A DNA stretch of 64,000 nt from Rhodosorus marinus CCMP1338 (GCA_029953675.1 JAMWBK010000013.1:310001-374000), one strand, 5' to 3'. Positions 26,478 through 38,273 are shown, counted from the first letter of the stretch. The notes: generated by a model not told the origin, from the sequence alone. Numbers and translations are program-made.

Positions 26478-27329
26478 GTCCGCTCTCGGACCTTAACATA
26501 GCAGTTTTTCGAGATGCAAATATTGTGTTATCACATTGAGGAAAGACCACGTCGTTGTATAGGCAATCCGTGAAGGAAGACTGTGGAAAGTAAAGACAGT
26601 ATCATATTTGTGTGTTCACAAGCGCGAATACGCCAGCACCTTGCCCGACGATGCCAGCCTGAGTATATGCAATCCGTCAGAATCTTTCCTCCGTTCGTTG
26701 ACTTCTATACTGGTTAAGTGGAGAATTAACGACCCGGGGTGGGTGTTCTAGGACATAGGAAGAGGAGTGACAAGCGCGTACCTGCTTAATCCTAGAGCTC
26801 AAATCATCCTGTGGTCTACTAGAAAACTAGCAACCCGACATCCTGCGGCGTTCTATCGCCGTCTCAATTTTAGAGGGCCGTTCTCTCGGTGTCCTCTAGC
26901 TTCCTCTCCGTGGTTGTTTCTGACTAGTGTGTTGCGCTCTTATAACTTCCACTCGGAAATTTGGTCCCCCTTTACTTCAAACTAACCCAAACAACCAAGT
27001 CTGCTAGCCAGTGTTTTATAGCTGTTTGGCTACTACTTGTGGAATGACATTCAATAGGTACAATCAAGGAAATCACTACTAGCTACCGCGGTTCTAGACC
27101 TGGCCAACCGTTTGAAGCACTTTTCTCGACTTGGTGGACCTATCACAGCTCATTTTGCTTCCTTCAGATCGTTCGCGGCCTCTTTTGGTCCCATCTAGGG
27201 AAATTGCGCCTCGTTTCCTACTCACGACTCCTTCTGACCGTTCTCCCCTTCCCACATCTTGGTGTGGGCGAAGCTTCCCACTTTGCGGCTCGCAACAAGT
27301 GATCGGTTTAATCGGAGGTTAGCGTTCTC

Positions 27330-28050
27330 GAATTAAGTACGTCAGGTTTGGCGCAAAGGGCGCACCTCCGGGACTGATGCAGGGACTCCAAACAGCATTG
27401 TGGACGACGGAGAGGTGTACTACGTGCACAAATAGTACACACCGTACGGACGGTGTACAGAGACCGCATCACTGTCGGGCATCGACGGGACTGTGGCAAA
27501 GTGGTCACGACGCGATATGCACAGAGATAGCGCGTGGCTGCACCTATGGCAATGTCGGGGGGTGAAAACAGGAACCAACAGATTGTTTCGAGAACTACAA
27601 CCTGAGGCCGGACCTGGATCCATCCAAGAACGTGGCAGCGTTTTGGAATTGATGTGACTGTGGTCTCGCCACTGCAGACCAGACACTTGGCAAGGAGCCG
27701 AGATACAAACGGATTTGCAGCCAAGCATGCAGAGGCTGGAAACATGCGCATTACAAGGAGGGAATGTCGATTGAACACCAGGACGATACATTTATACAGA
27801 TGCCGATCGACACCTTTGGAAGGACAGCAGAGATGACACAAGCGTTTCTTCCGGAAGGACGCGGTCATATGCTGGCAAAGATCGAGAAGTCGAGCAACGT
27901 GCGGGCTCAGAAAAACAGGACGCTTTGCGCAGAGCTTGCATTAGCAGCTCTCCGGTGTGGATCAGTCGGACCAGCCGCTGATTCGGTCTTTTTTCTTTTT
28001 ATCGTACCTATAGACCCTCGGGGGCGGGCTTACGCCCCTCCTTTTCCGTA
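27330..28050 (+). mobile_element. Degenerate 3' fragment of a CRE/R2-type non-LTR retrotransposon (restriction-like endonuclease region)
   Basis: Across frameshifts: CTTC..HHC zinc knuckle (27416), GHDAI (27503), RPDL (27605), IDVTVVSP (27648), FAAKHAE, FIQMPIDTFGR (about 27790-27820). Confidence 0.75.
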
Positions 28051-28690
28051 GATAGTGATAGAATTAGTGTTGCGCTGCAATAGGCAATTGCCCAATAAAG
28101 GATACAGTTGCAGCGCCGGCGGAATTACAGGTTTAAGACAGCTACACTGAAGCTCGGAGTACATAAAACTACCGGTATTCGAAGTAGGCATGGGGATTTG
28201 TACCTTGGCGTTGACGGGGTTACTCTATATATCTAGCGTTTCCGAATTAAACGGGATTGAGTACATGAAAACCAATCCACCCAAAAGAAAAACGATTGAC
28301 GTCTTGAAACTTGTGACGCCAGTGGCGGAATGAAGTTGTTTATTCGGAGGCTCCAAAAACCAAACCGAGGTGAAAAATAAAAACTAGTGAAGGGGAAGAC
28401 CACACACGTCGTTGGACACTTGCTCAGGGTCGTTAGTCTTCTAGCAACCACAGCAGGAACGCAAACACCAAGGGCGGCTGGTCCGCGAGCTCACGGAACG
28501 CCAAGCCCCTGGGAACTAACGGGAATCCAGGAATTCAAACCCCAAGGATACTAGGCGATTGATCAAAGCGAAAGCTCAAACTGCCAGTGTAGATATTGCT
28601 CTGCCCTGGCATAGTTACCTTCGTGGCATTAGGTTGATAGAAGACTAGGAGGAGCCTGTTTGGCATTGTCCAGCCCGAAATTCCCTTCCC

Positions 28691-29058
28691 GGTGATCGTT
28701 TCTTCTTAAACTTTACTAAAATACAATATTACCAATCCACGGTGATCGTTTCTCCTTAAAATGTAGTAAAATACAATAATGGAGAATCCGCGGTGATCGT
28801 TTCTGATTAAATTGAAGTGAAATACAGAATCACCAATCCAAGGTGATCGTTTCTCTTTAAACTTTAGCGAAATACAGGATTGTCAATTCCTTGCAAAGGT
28901 TTTTCTTTTAGAATTTAGTGAAATACAAGATATACATCCCAGGGTGATCGTTGCCGGACGCTGCGGTGATCGTATTAGGGGTGAGCGGGTGGGTGATGGA
29001 GGCTACGACACAACGGTGATCGTCTTGCGTCTGAATGGTGATTGAAAGCATCTTTTCG
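28691..29058. repeat. GGTGATCGT tandem array: five 50-51 bp AT-rich units followed by about 22 bp units
   Basis: Motif starts at 28691, 28741, 28792, 28842, (28892 degenerate), 28943, 28965, 28992, 29015, 29037; ends with TTGAAAGCATCTTTTCGT. Confidence 0.9.
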
Positions 29059-29766
29059 TGATAGAGTTTCTGGATGATATAGTGAACGCCCAGTTAGATA
29101 CGATGGATTTGCTCCAGTCTCAATCCGATTCGTTAGAGAGTTGTGACGATACGGAGAACTCCCAGTTAGGTCTCTGATGGCGTGCCCCGGGTCTCAACTT
29201 GAGTCGTTGGGGTTGCGTGAATGCTTTGACTGGAAACTGGCAAATTTTGATCTGAATGCTCCCTCTCCCCGATGGATGGAATAAGGGGTTGATTTGTTCT
29301 TGCCACAGTTTCTTCGATTGAATACCGCCAGTGTCGCATTGTTCTGAACCACCCTGAGGCAACTATTGTCTTGTTCTACGTACGCTCCCCAGTTGTCAGC
29401 TTAACTACGTCTTTGTAGTTAGGTTGGAGCTGCTCAAAGCGATCCCATCCAGTTTTCCTATTCTGCGCAAGCGTGATAGGCCTCGCTCAGAGAAAACGAA
29501 AAGCAAGTGGCTAAATTCGGCCACTTTTTGTAGTCGGATGCCCCTGTTCCTCATTGTTCCAACTTTTTGGCTTCTAGAAGTGTTAGTTAACCAAAAGTTC
29601 CATCCAAATGAGTCAGCGGCAGGGTCGCTAGACTTCTCGTCAGCCTGCTTGTATATTACTTCTGCGGGAATATCTAAAGTCGACAGGCTCTGCCACAGTT
29701 GCGTACGAATGAATCTGGCGAGCGTTCCAGATGCTGTATTCCAAAGGGCACCGATCGCGCGTTCCT

Positions 29767-29920
29767 CTTAAAACCTAAAATAAGATACAAAATTACTCTA
29801 ACCCGCGGTGATCGTTCAGCTTACTGCGGTGATCGTCTTGCTCGGAAAGGTGATCGTTGTCGTACACCGAGGTGATCGTCCTGCTCCGAAGGGTGATCGT
29901 TGCTTGAAAGCATCTTTCGT
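29767..29920. repeat. Second GGTGATCGT array: partial 50-bp unit plus five motif copies at 21-22 bp spacing
   Basis: Motif starts at 29807, 29828, 29849, 29871, 29892; ends with TTGAAAGCATCTTTCGT, like the first array. Confidence 0.9.
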
Positions 29921-30787
29921 ACACACGCCAGATGCGTCAAAGGAGGAGGCGGCATACCTAAAAAGCTCCTGACGTTAAGGATACTATCTCAGAGCGTTGT
30001 GCAACGGTGCCTTGCTTTCGTGGTTCTTCTGGCAGTTAGTATGGCGTTTGAACCGGCTCAGTACTTTATGTACCTCCAAAGACTCGATGGGCGTGGAGAT
30101 TTCTTCTCGTGGCGGACGGAAGCGCCTACCTCAAATGCTCCCTTTGACGCATCTGGTACCAGGACGCCCTCCTTCGGGACGCAGCCTTCATTGAAAAAAG
30201 AGCATTCCAGGAGAGGTTGAAATCTTCTTTCATCATTTGCTTCCTCGGACATCATGATGTCGTGTCCAGACAATTGATTGCGACGCTCTTCACCTCCAGC
30301 AGATCAATACTGTTCAGCTTCTTGACGTCCACCACCCTCGCAAAAGGGGTCGGTGGGGTTTCACTGTCCGACCTCACCCCCCCCAACCTCCCGCTTAAGA
30401 GCCGAAAGGAATGCTTCCTGCGTTGAAAGGCTCCAGGAGCAAGAGAAGAGTGGTGCTTGTCTCTACCACTCGAACGTCGCGTCCAGCCTTTTGCTTGCTG
30501 ACGCTCTTCTCCTCCAGCAGATCGATACCGTGTAGTTTCATGATGTCCACTTTGCTCGGGGGTCAGGTCGTTTCACACTCTTTTGCAAACCATCGATGGA
30601 GTAGGAGGGAAGGAGAAGCAGCGCCTTCATTCTTGACATTTGGATCAGGGCGCGATGACCTGGTCGAAACCGAATTCTTCTTAAGGTCGATCAGAGTTGT
30701 TTGGCTGTTCAGGACATAGGAGAGGGCTTTCCTCCAAGATGGAAGCTCTGAAGGGAAGCTTCTGAGCTCACACTCGGAGATCGCTCG

Positions 30788-32756
30788 ATGGCGCCATCTA
30801 GGAGAGTTTCGGTGCAATCAAACGGCGTGACTCGTCTCGTCTATAGATCTGTTCTGTTGGAGAAGAGGGTTTTTGGGACGTCGATTAGGCGGTTTTGTAC
30901 CGGTTCAGTTTCTGATGGGGAGGATGGTGAAGAGTGGACAACGAGCTCCGGAAAAGCCCTCCTTCAGACGCCGCATGGATTCATTGAAAAGTCAGAGATC
31001 ACGGAGGAAATTACGAAGTCTTTCTTGGGCTATGCGATGAGTGTAGTGAAGGGCAGGGCCATACCTGATGTAAGGGATGGGTTAAAGCCGGTTCATCGGA
31101 GAATCCTCTACGCCTTGCACAAGACGAGATCTGGAACAGTGTCCCCATACAGAAAGAGTGCTCGCATAGTTGGTGAGGTTATGGGCAAGTACCATCCCCA
31201 TGGCGATCTGTCTGTCTACGACGCCCTGGCGCTAATGGCGCAACCGTTTGCGAACAATATTCCACTGATCGATGGTCACGGAAACTTTGGAAGCATAGAC
31301 GGAGAAGCCCCGGCAGCGATGCGGTATACTGAGTGCAGGTAAACTCCGCATGCAACTTCCGCTTTCGATGACAGTAATGTACCTTTCGATGAACTGATCG
31401 CGGTGAATGCCTATGCAGACTCTCGAAATTGAGCACTGAAGCGGTTTTGCCGGACATTGAGAGTAAAACTGTCGATTTTGTTCCAAATTTTGACGCAACT
31501 GTGGAGGAGCCGACGGTGATCCCTACGAGAATACCAAATCTCCTTGTTTCCGGATGCCATGGTATCGGTGTAGGAATCGTTACTATGGTCCCTCCGTTCA
31601 ATCTCCTGGAGATCCTAAACGCACTTAGATTGCTGCTGGATAACCCCTCCTGCAAAACCGAAGAGCTCATGAAGATCGTTCCCGCTCCAGATTTTCCAAC
31701 TGGAGGACTGGTAGTTGGCCAGTCAGGCATACAGTCTGTCTTCAAGACTGGCAAAGGACGCTTCATTATTCGATCAAGAATGCATACTGAGAACATCAAG
31801 CGGAAGTCTGGAAAAACGCGGACGGCTATCGTTGTAACAGAGATTCCCTATCACGTGCAGAAGCCCAAGCTGATGATGAGCATCGCGAAGCTCGCCAAGT
31901 CGAACAAGATTGAAGGCGTTGTGCACCTCCGAGATGAATCCGACCTGTCTGGAGTAAGGATTGTCGTTGAGCTAAAAGCAACGGCAGACCCTCAAGCAGT
32001 TTGGAGAACTCTGCTGAAGAAAACGAGCTTGAGGAGTTCCTTCAAAGCAAATATCTTAGCCCTCGACCACGAGGGAAAGGTTCCGAAGCTCCACAACGTC
32101 AGGCAATGCCTTGAAAAGTTCATCGAGTTTCGAAAGCAGGTCATCGTGAGGAGGTCTGTTTTTCTTTTGACAAACAGGCGACAGCGCCGCCTGGGAGCAC
32201 ATTGTGCGGTTGATCTGATCGTCCTTTTCAACTTTCATCATCAGGACCAAGTTTTGGCTTGAGAAAGCTGAGCGACGAAAACACATCGTGGAAGGATTCC
32301 TGATCGTCTTTACAAACTTTGATGAAGCGGTTGAAGTCATCACTCGTGCCAGTACGGGAGAAGATGTAGAGAAACAGCTAATGGATCCTAACGGTTCCTT
32401 CCGAATGAGCAAGGTCAGAACGATTGAGATAGATCCATCACCCGTCGCCATGTTTAACTTTGCTCATTTAATGTTTTCTCTTCGTTTGCCGACGACAGAA
32501 GCAAGCAGATGCTGCTCTGACCATGTTGCTGAGGAGCATAACCAGGATGGACGCTAAAGCCTTCTCCGAGGAAATCGAACAGTTGGATAGGAACATAACA
32601 GAGCTGCAAGAAAGTCTAGCAAACGATCAAAAGATTGTGAATATTATGAAGGAAGAATTCGCTGAAGTAGCGAAATGCGTAGGGAGCAAAGGGAAACGGA
32701 AGAGTGAGGTTGCGGTTCCGCTACCTGAGGAGGACGAAGTTCTCGCAAAATCGTAG
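30788..32756 (+). CDS. gyrA: DNA gyrase subunit A (organelle-targeted), breakage-reunion domain only; exons about 30788-31338, 31419-32153, 32245-32412, 32499-32756
   Basis: [44 protein letters not shown], catalytic [36 protein letters not shown]; TAG at 32754-32756. Confidence 0.9.
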
Positions 32757-32985
32757 GAGGACATTCTGGTCTTGAAAAAAAGTAATACTGCCGATGGTGC
32801 TACTCCCATCCTACGACGCCAAGGTATGGCTCTATCTGAGAGGCTGAACGGAGCGTTGAACTCGAATTCGGAGTCCACAGCTAGGCGAACTGCGTTGAGC
32901 CGACTTGGCACCCACTGCGGGACACCCGGATGGTTTTTTTTGCCCAGCTTGATGTGACGCAGTAATCGTCGTTTGGAAGACGGAA

Positions 32986-33530
32986 TTACTCGTCGTACAA
33001 GATACTATCCAGTATACTCGGAAGTGCGCCTCTTCGCAATGGCAGCTTGGCTGCCAATGACACAAGAGACATCTTGACATTAACGAGACGGTCGATCCGC
33101 ATGTTTGTGTTGCTGGCTCTAGGATCTTGTCCAGAGGAGAACGGGGCGGCGATTACTAATCTCCTTATCAACCCGAAACTCAAACAGCGACAGCTCTACT
33201 GCGGAGCGTCCAGGGTTCCAATCCGCCGAAGACGTTAGAGCCATGCACCCACAAGACGTCGGGCTTGGAGTGTGTAACCACGTGCTCATCCTGTTGACGG
33301 AATGCGCTGAATTGTACACAAACCCGATGCTTGCGACGGGGGAGACCGAGACCGTGAGGACTGGTCTCCTCGTCAACCCGACACTAGAATTCCAAATGTT
33401 CCGTCGTCTAGTGTCCCACGGTTCTTATAAATTGAAAATCTTAGAACCGTTCACCAAAGAGACGTCGAGGTGGGAGAGCCCCTGCCCTCTTCCGCGCTCC
33501 ACGGCATCCTATCGGCAAAGCACTCATTAA
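32986..33530 (-). CDS. Possible small hypothetical multi-exon gene
   Basis: Coding-like segments (HVVTHSKPDVLWVHGSNVFGGLEPW; MRIDRLVNVKMSLVSLAAKLPL) with plausible splice sites, downstream of a divergent promoter. Confidence 0.3.
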
Positions 33531-33599
33531 GTTTTGTCAAACCAAATCCTAAAACCGAAAGAAATTCGAACCCAACGCTTGCTTATTCATTTTTCAAAA

Positions 33600-33760
33600 A
33601 CAAATTGCGGGCCAGAACATCGGGCCAATATGAACAAGTGATTTACGTAAACAATTATGGCGGTCGAGGAAAGTCATATTGGTCGGATCGGGTAGGTCGA
33701 TTTGGCCCGTTGGATTTAGAGTTTTTGGAAGAAATTACTGGGCCAATTTCGTTTACTGAA
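33600..33760. promoter_or_regulatory. Divergent promoter with clustered GGCCCA/TGGGCC-like (site II-like) motifs
   Basis: Several CGGGCCAAT / TTGGCCCG / TGGGCCAAT copies between two divergently oriented genes. Confidence 0.3.
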
Positions 33761-33911
33761 CATCTGTCTTTGGGTGGGCGGGGAAGATCGGGTATAAAGA
33801 GCTCGGTTTGACAACTTGTGGGCCTGGAGAGCTGGGGGACGGAGCTTGTTAGGTTAGTGAAGTACTATGGAATGATTTCTGGCTAGTATTTTGTGATTCC
33901 TTCGTGCTTTA

Positions 33912-35094
33912 ATGAATGAAGTTGATGTTATCTCGGACTTGCCCGCATGTCTGTGGGAGTTGATTCTGGACAAGCTGTCTGTCTTCGAGTTGAATGAGGT
34001 TGCAAGAGTAGACCGTAGGCTTTTCACGTTGGTTGTCAGGTATTGGGAAGATCTCGGACGCGTGGAAGAGCCGGAGACCGAATTTGAGAGCTCGATCACA
34101 CAGGCGGTCTCGCTTGTACGCATTCGTATTTAGGTGATTTAGTGGAAAGCGTGGTTGTGCCACATCGATCCGCGGCGACGACTCTACCCGGTCAAGAATC
34201 TTAGGGAGAATTGTTTTGTTGAACAATCAAATTCCCTACCGTTTTTGCTTGCCTTTGCATGACTCGCTTCCCCAGTTTCAAGGCACACCTCCAGGAGAAA
34301 CTCGCATAGTTGACAAGGAGTTGCACAAGCTCGTTTCCTCGTCCGTCCTGTGGGGCTTTACGACAAGTGGGGAACTTAAAACATGTTTGAAGTCCACAGC
34401 CACAGAGGTCAGCTCGAAATTTTAAGATTTTATCGCAGGGTTTATGCCTACCAGAGTTTGAAATCAGATGGGATCCCTGGTTGCCATTTGACTGAAACCA
34501 CTTGCTTGCTCCTTGTAGAAGCTGTGTCAAAGACTTCAAAACGTACAGGATCACGGCCATACTACCCCGGTTTCATTGTTCTTATCGTTACTGGCCAAGG
34601 AGAGCATGTGCCCAGCTCTAATTGGCACGTTCTTAATGGTCTCATGCTCACGGAAGGTGCTACGCGTTACCGATGTGGTCTGCGTGCTTCACTTCCTTCT
34701 GGTTCACCACGGGAAAACCTACTGCTATGAGGTGCTAGACCAGTTGTTTCTGGAAACCGGCAGGGTTAGTGCTCGAGGTTTGACTGTTCGTTCGAGCGCA
34801 CGACGAAGAAGCAGACAATGGTACCGACGTGATAAGGATGTGCCCGTTGCGAGAATCATTGTTGGCCTGAAGACTTTCTGGCCGGCTTCAGATATTGCTG
34901 AATATATGCTCTACCGATCACGTTCTCTGCAATCCGTTCTGAGGGTGGAATCGATAATCGCGGAGATGGCCGAGTGGGCCCCATTCTTTTTCATAGCTAC
35001 GGTCGTGCAAGGACTCTCAGATGGAATCGTCGTCAACACTCTGAGACTGCTCGTCAGGCGTCAAAACTTGGGTCCAGTGGCAACGGCTTCGTAG
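33912..35094 (+). CDS. F-box protein, multi-exon
   Basis: N-terminal ISDLPACLWELILDKLSVFELNEVARVDRRLFTLV is a typical F-box; downstream + strand ORFs 34216-35094. Confidence 0.65.
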
Positions 35095-35375
35095 GCCGGC
35101 GGCATCTCTCCACTGAAAGATACCACGGATCTCCCTCAACTCTTAAGCTCCAATTCTACTTCCAACCGAACTAGGTACATAACTAGCTTTGTTTCAAGCT
35201 GGTCGGGACCACGCAAGCGGCGCCTCATTAGTTCTACAACCCGTGATTGGGATTCGGATAGGAGATCCCGGCTACACATGTGCTTGCGATCCATCGGCAA
35301 GGAAAAGAGTTCATAATTCGAAGGGATTCGTTCTATTCCCGAGGACGTAAGCAAACCAACAGCAAACATTTTGTT

Positions 35376-36087
35376 TTATATAAATTGAACATTCCGATTG
35401 CGAGAACCTTCTTCAAGGTCCGGTGGCCGCGAGGGCCCTTTCTTCAATCTCTCTGTCTTCTTTTTCCTTTCGCTGAGCCATCATCGCAAGAGCCTCACGC
35501 TCAAGAAACTCTTCTTCACCCCATACCTATCACGCAGAAACAAAAGCAGTTGAGCAGGCACAAGCCCACGGAAGTAACTTTTCAGTATCTCTCATCCGCA
35601 ACAAGTCAAAAGTGGTCTCAAACAATCAAGCGCAGGAAACACATTGCAGTTCTCTCCAACGGCTTACATGTATGGAACCGTTTGGAGTCCACCTTCTTGA
35701 AAGGCAGTAAACTAAGATGACTGCAGCCCAGCTACTGTAGATTACAGCAGGCATTGCTCGACGCTCTTCCTCATGGTAATTCGGATTGTCGGGATGTTCG
35801 CCAAATGGGGCAGCCTCATCGTCGTCAGTGAATTCCTCCTCAAAAACTTCTCCTTCCTTCGCCGGGGCGCCTTTCATGTCAAACGCAAGCCAAGAAAAAA
35901 CGAAAAAATTCTCAGGCATAAGCATACCTCACTCTCGCAACACAAAAACAAGCTACCCAGTAAAACTAAAGGCCAAGAAAACAACTTAGAGCGCGGAAGA
36001 GATCCAAAACTCACCCATTGCTCTCGCCGCAGTCGCATGCAGAGTCCTCGAGTGCCCGGTGCGAAGCAGCGGCGGTACGCCCTTCAT
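35376..36087 (-). CDS. Small mitochondrial single-TM protein, possibly complex I subunit NDUFB11/ESSS-like, 3 exons
   Basis: Arg-rich presequence (..TLHATAARAMG), one TM (AVIYSSWAAVILVYCL), then TPNGSIHVWGEEEFLERE, resembling the ESSS 'PD.SI.TWA.EEA..R' pattern. Confidence 0.45.
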
Positions 36088-37031
36088 CACCCGTAGCAAC
36101 GACATACCCCTCAACCCCGCCTTTTTCACCCCAAAATTCTCAAATCCCAAACCTCAGTTTCAGTAGCATAAAAATTATTCCTTATACCAAATAACCGGTC
36201 ATATACTAGAAAAAAGTTGAGATACCCAGCCCGTCTTCCTGCCAGAGCCTTTCCCTTCTACCAACACACACCACCTTCAGCAGCCTTCACCAAACCCCTA
36301 CTAGACGAAAGCATCTCCCCAACCCTTCAAAAAGCCCTCTCAAGAGATGGTGACTCTTAAAAATCAAGATAGTCTCCAAAAACATATTTTTAAACTTTAA
36401 TCAACCTTTATCGCGATAAGATTTTCTATTATTGTCATCGGCATCAGGCATTGATCTGAACCGATTTTATATTGATTGTGGATATTTATGATTGGATAAA
36501 CGTGGTGACCTGGAGTATTTTTATTGGAAGTTATGTTGTTTAATGATTGAATACGTATTTGATTGAGTAGTTTATTTATGAATTAATTTCAACGATTTGG
36601 CGCTGGTATCGACTTTGCGGTGACATTTCTGTAGCCGATGTCCGTTGGAGAGGGCAGGTGGGGTCTGAACACTTCCTGGTATTGTATGGATGGCAGGCAG
36701 ATTTGATGTTTGAGCTTTTGGTTTGGTACTTAACTGTGTGCTTTAGTGCTACTAGAGTCTTTGTCTGTGACCTGGCTGAGAGGAGCTGTTGGTTTCCAAG
36801 TGAGTCATCCCTGCTGGGAAGTGACTTGAAATGGGGGGCAGATGGCGGGGTTGGTGGTTTTCGGGCCTTTGGCGAAAGTTTTGCCGGATGGTGTGCTTCA
36901 AAAGTCTCTTGATTTACATTAATATTTGGCTGTTTAGAATTTGGTTACAGGGGTTGGTGGTGCCCAAGCTTGCGCGTGCTTGAATCCGTGGGGCAGTCAA
37001 TCAGAGCCAGTACTCCAAGCCGCACAAGTTT

Positions 37032-37838
37032 TCACTCTTGGTGTTCTAGCCCCTTGGCCTGAGTTAGTAGGGAAGCATGGTCCTGCTGTTGAGCGCTACG
37101 GATCATGAGCATGATCTTCATTTCGAGTTCCTTCATCTTCATGGATTGCTCATGTCTCAACCTCTCCAGCTCTACTTCGAGAACGTTTCTCGTTTCTAAG
37201 CGCAGTCTTTCCACGTCGAGCTGGAATCTTCTGTCTCGCTCCTCTAGTCTCTTGTCTGAAGCAGCCCTCTGGTCGTCTGTGGTCTTCTCCAAAGTCCGTA
37301 ATGCCTCAATGAACACAGTGCTATCCGCCATCTCGCCGTTCTCCTCTGGAGCCCTGGAGGTGGTCTGTATTGCCCTCGCACTGGCTGTTGGGGATCTCTC
37401 CCCGTCATCTTCAGAATCCCTCCCGATTTCAAATTCCTCTTTAGCGTCTACGGGATCTTTCCCAAAGACGGACATACATAGAGCGTAGTTGGGCCAAGCC
37501 TCCTCAGCTTTTTCGGAGCTCGCAGAGCTTCCATCTGCTACGCTTTTGCGCCTCAGAATCTCATATTTTGACCGTAGATTGTTCGACTTTACTCGTAGAT
37601 TTTTCCAGCTCCGGACTGGATATTTCGTTCTTGCGACCTCGTGAAACTCTCTGTTCAACTGTGCAGCCATTGGGGCGAACTTTTCCTTCCCCTTCTTCCT
37701 CCTCACAGGCCCTTGTGCCAGCGAGAAGTCAAGCATCAACTGCAAAAAGCGCTGCTCTTCCTCAGCACTCCAGCTCTTCCTCGCCAGATCAGCCAATCCA
37801 TTCTGCCCCCTCCTTCTGACCATATCATCCTCCACCAT
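37032..37838 (-). CDS. Intronless Myb/SANT-like (trihelix/MADF-type) DNA-binding protein with C-terminal coiled coil
   Basis: WSAEEEQRFLQLM..FAPMAAQLNREF..RSWKNLRVKSNNLRSKYE; heptad-rich RDRRFQLDVERLRLE..MKELEMK. Confidence 0.8.
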   Translation of the reverse strand: MVEDDMVRRRGQNGLADLARKSWSAEEEQRFLQLMLDFSLAQGPVRRKKGKEKFAPMAAQLNREFHEVARTKYPVRSWKNLRVKSNNLRSKYEILRRKSVADGSSASSEKAEEAWPNYALCMSVFGKDPVDAKEEFEIGRDSEDDGERSPTASARAIQTTSRAPEENGEMADSTVFIEALRTLEKTTDDQRAASDKRLEERDRRFQLDVERLRLETRNVLEVELERLRHEQSMKMKELEMKIMLMIRSAQQQDHASLLTQAKGLEHQE

Positions 37839-38273
37839 CGCATCCCTACAACCTTTTCCAACAGGGAAATGACTATCTTACACAATCAGACATATTATCC
37901 TCATTAAAGTCAGTCCAAAAAAAAACAAGCAACCGCCATCCGAACCCAAAATCGCGACCCAGAGATCCGAAGACCTCACCCTCAAAATCCCCGTCCACCA
38001 ATCCAGCAATCCAGGCACATCCAAAGGCTTCTCCCAAAACCAAACCTTCTACATAGAACTCGGCACTTATCCTTCCTTCCTGAACAGAAGAACAATCTTG
38101 CACTGCACGATCGCTTTTATCAACCCTTATCTCCTGCTAGTCTTGCTCAGAAAACTACTCTTTCCCACCAATCCCACCATCAATACCGATTTGGCTTAAC
38201 ATGCATGGCACGTGGCCCACCTCACTTTTTTTAGGTTAGTCATATCCACGCAATAAAAAAAAAGTCCCATTAC

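Noticed and set aside
28691-29920. CRISPR array interpretation of the GGTGATCGT repeats
   Set aside because: The conserved core is only 9-10 nt, the spacers resemble each other, there are no cas genes and the context is eukaryotic.
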